In this document: piece by piece, positions 54,036-54,087 of the stretch | Position numbering within the stretch: the first letter of the stretch is position 1 | How the letters are laid out: every line of letters begins with the position of its first letter | Source of the DNA: a virus | Taxonomy: Duplodnaviria; Caudoviricetes | Length of the DNA stretch: 54,087 bases | IMG/VR virus record: IMGVR_UViG_3300037350_000041 | Coordinates: 1 to 54,087 of that record | Strand: one strand, 5' to 3' | Made by a program: the position numbers and the translations under genes | Notes under the pieces: generated by a model | What the model was told of the DNA's origin: nothing | The model's database searches: none | Seen by the model: only the letters and a program-made list of their open reading frames with translations

Positions 54036-54087
54036 CCCCCCCCCCCCCCCCCCGCGCCGCCGGGCCCCCAAGCCCCCCCCCCCCCCC
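54036..54087. other. Poly-C low-complexity contig end, probably artefact
   Basis: Long C runs at terminus. Confidence 0.6.

Noticed and set aside
1-54087. Stop-codon reassignment, tRNA genes, integrase/att site, Mu transposase
   Set aside because: TGA, TAG and TAA all end well-supported genes; no cloverleaf, recombinase or DDE motifs recognised by eye
54036-54087. Terminal C-rich tract as G-quadruplex or genome terminus
   Set aside because: Homopolymer at the contig end is more simply a sequencing or assembly artefact

Overview
High-GC partial genome of a tailed phage or prophage with a contractile tail. Family assignments below come from motif recognition and gene order; no database search was run. 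The left arm (1-4550, mostly +) holds small early/middle genes, a GIY-YIG nuclease and an antisense Fis-type HTH gene. A long + strand late operon (4595-42028) encodes TerS/TerL, a Mu gp29-like portal, a fibre-domain protein, a Mu-type prohead protease/scaffold with an extra N-terminal domain, capsid cement, major capsid, neck, sheath, tube, tail chaperones (with a -1 slippery site), tape measure, a Mu-like baseplate, tail fibres, an SGNH esterase, and a long lysis/accessory block (papain-like peptidase, lytic-transglycosylase-like and CHAP-like proteins, lipoproteins, candidate nucleotide sponge). A - strand early operon (42232-51417) carries many small Cys-rich ORFs, an HNH, DUF488-like and deoxyribosyltransferase-like genes, SSB, a Cas4-like nuclease and a Sak4-like ATPase. 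A lambdoid switch follows: two divergent promoters sharing a 14-bp palindromic operator, an ImmA-like protein lacking HExxH, a CI-like repressor, a Cro-like protein and a P63C protein. No integrase or replication genes are visible and the window ends in poly-C, so the genome looks incomplete. The SSB and the Cys/Gly-rich lipoproteins suggest a myxobacterial (Polyangiaceae-like) host (inference). The most unusual signals are three stand-alone or appended fragment copies of the phage's own structural proteins (cement half-domain, baseplate-hub mini-protein, MCP N-terminal motif on the protease), two + strand genes with an in-frame TTA instead of a stop at convergent junctions, and an HNH insertion that appears to have replaced the 5' end of a peptidase gene.
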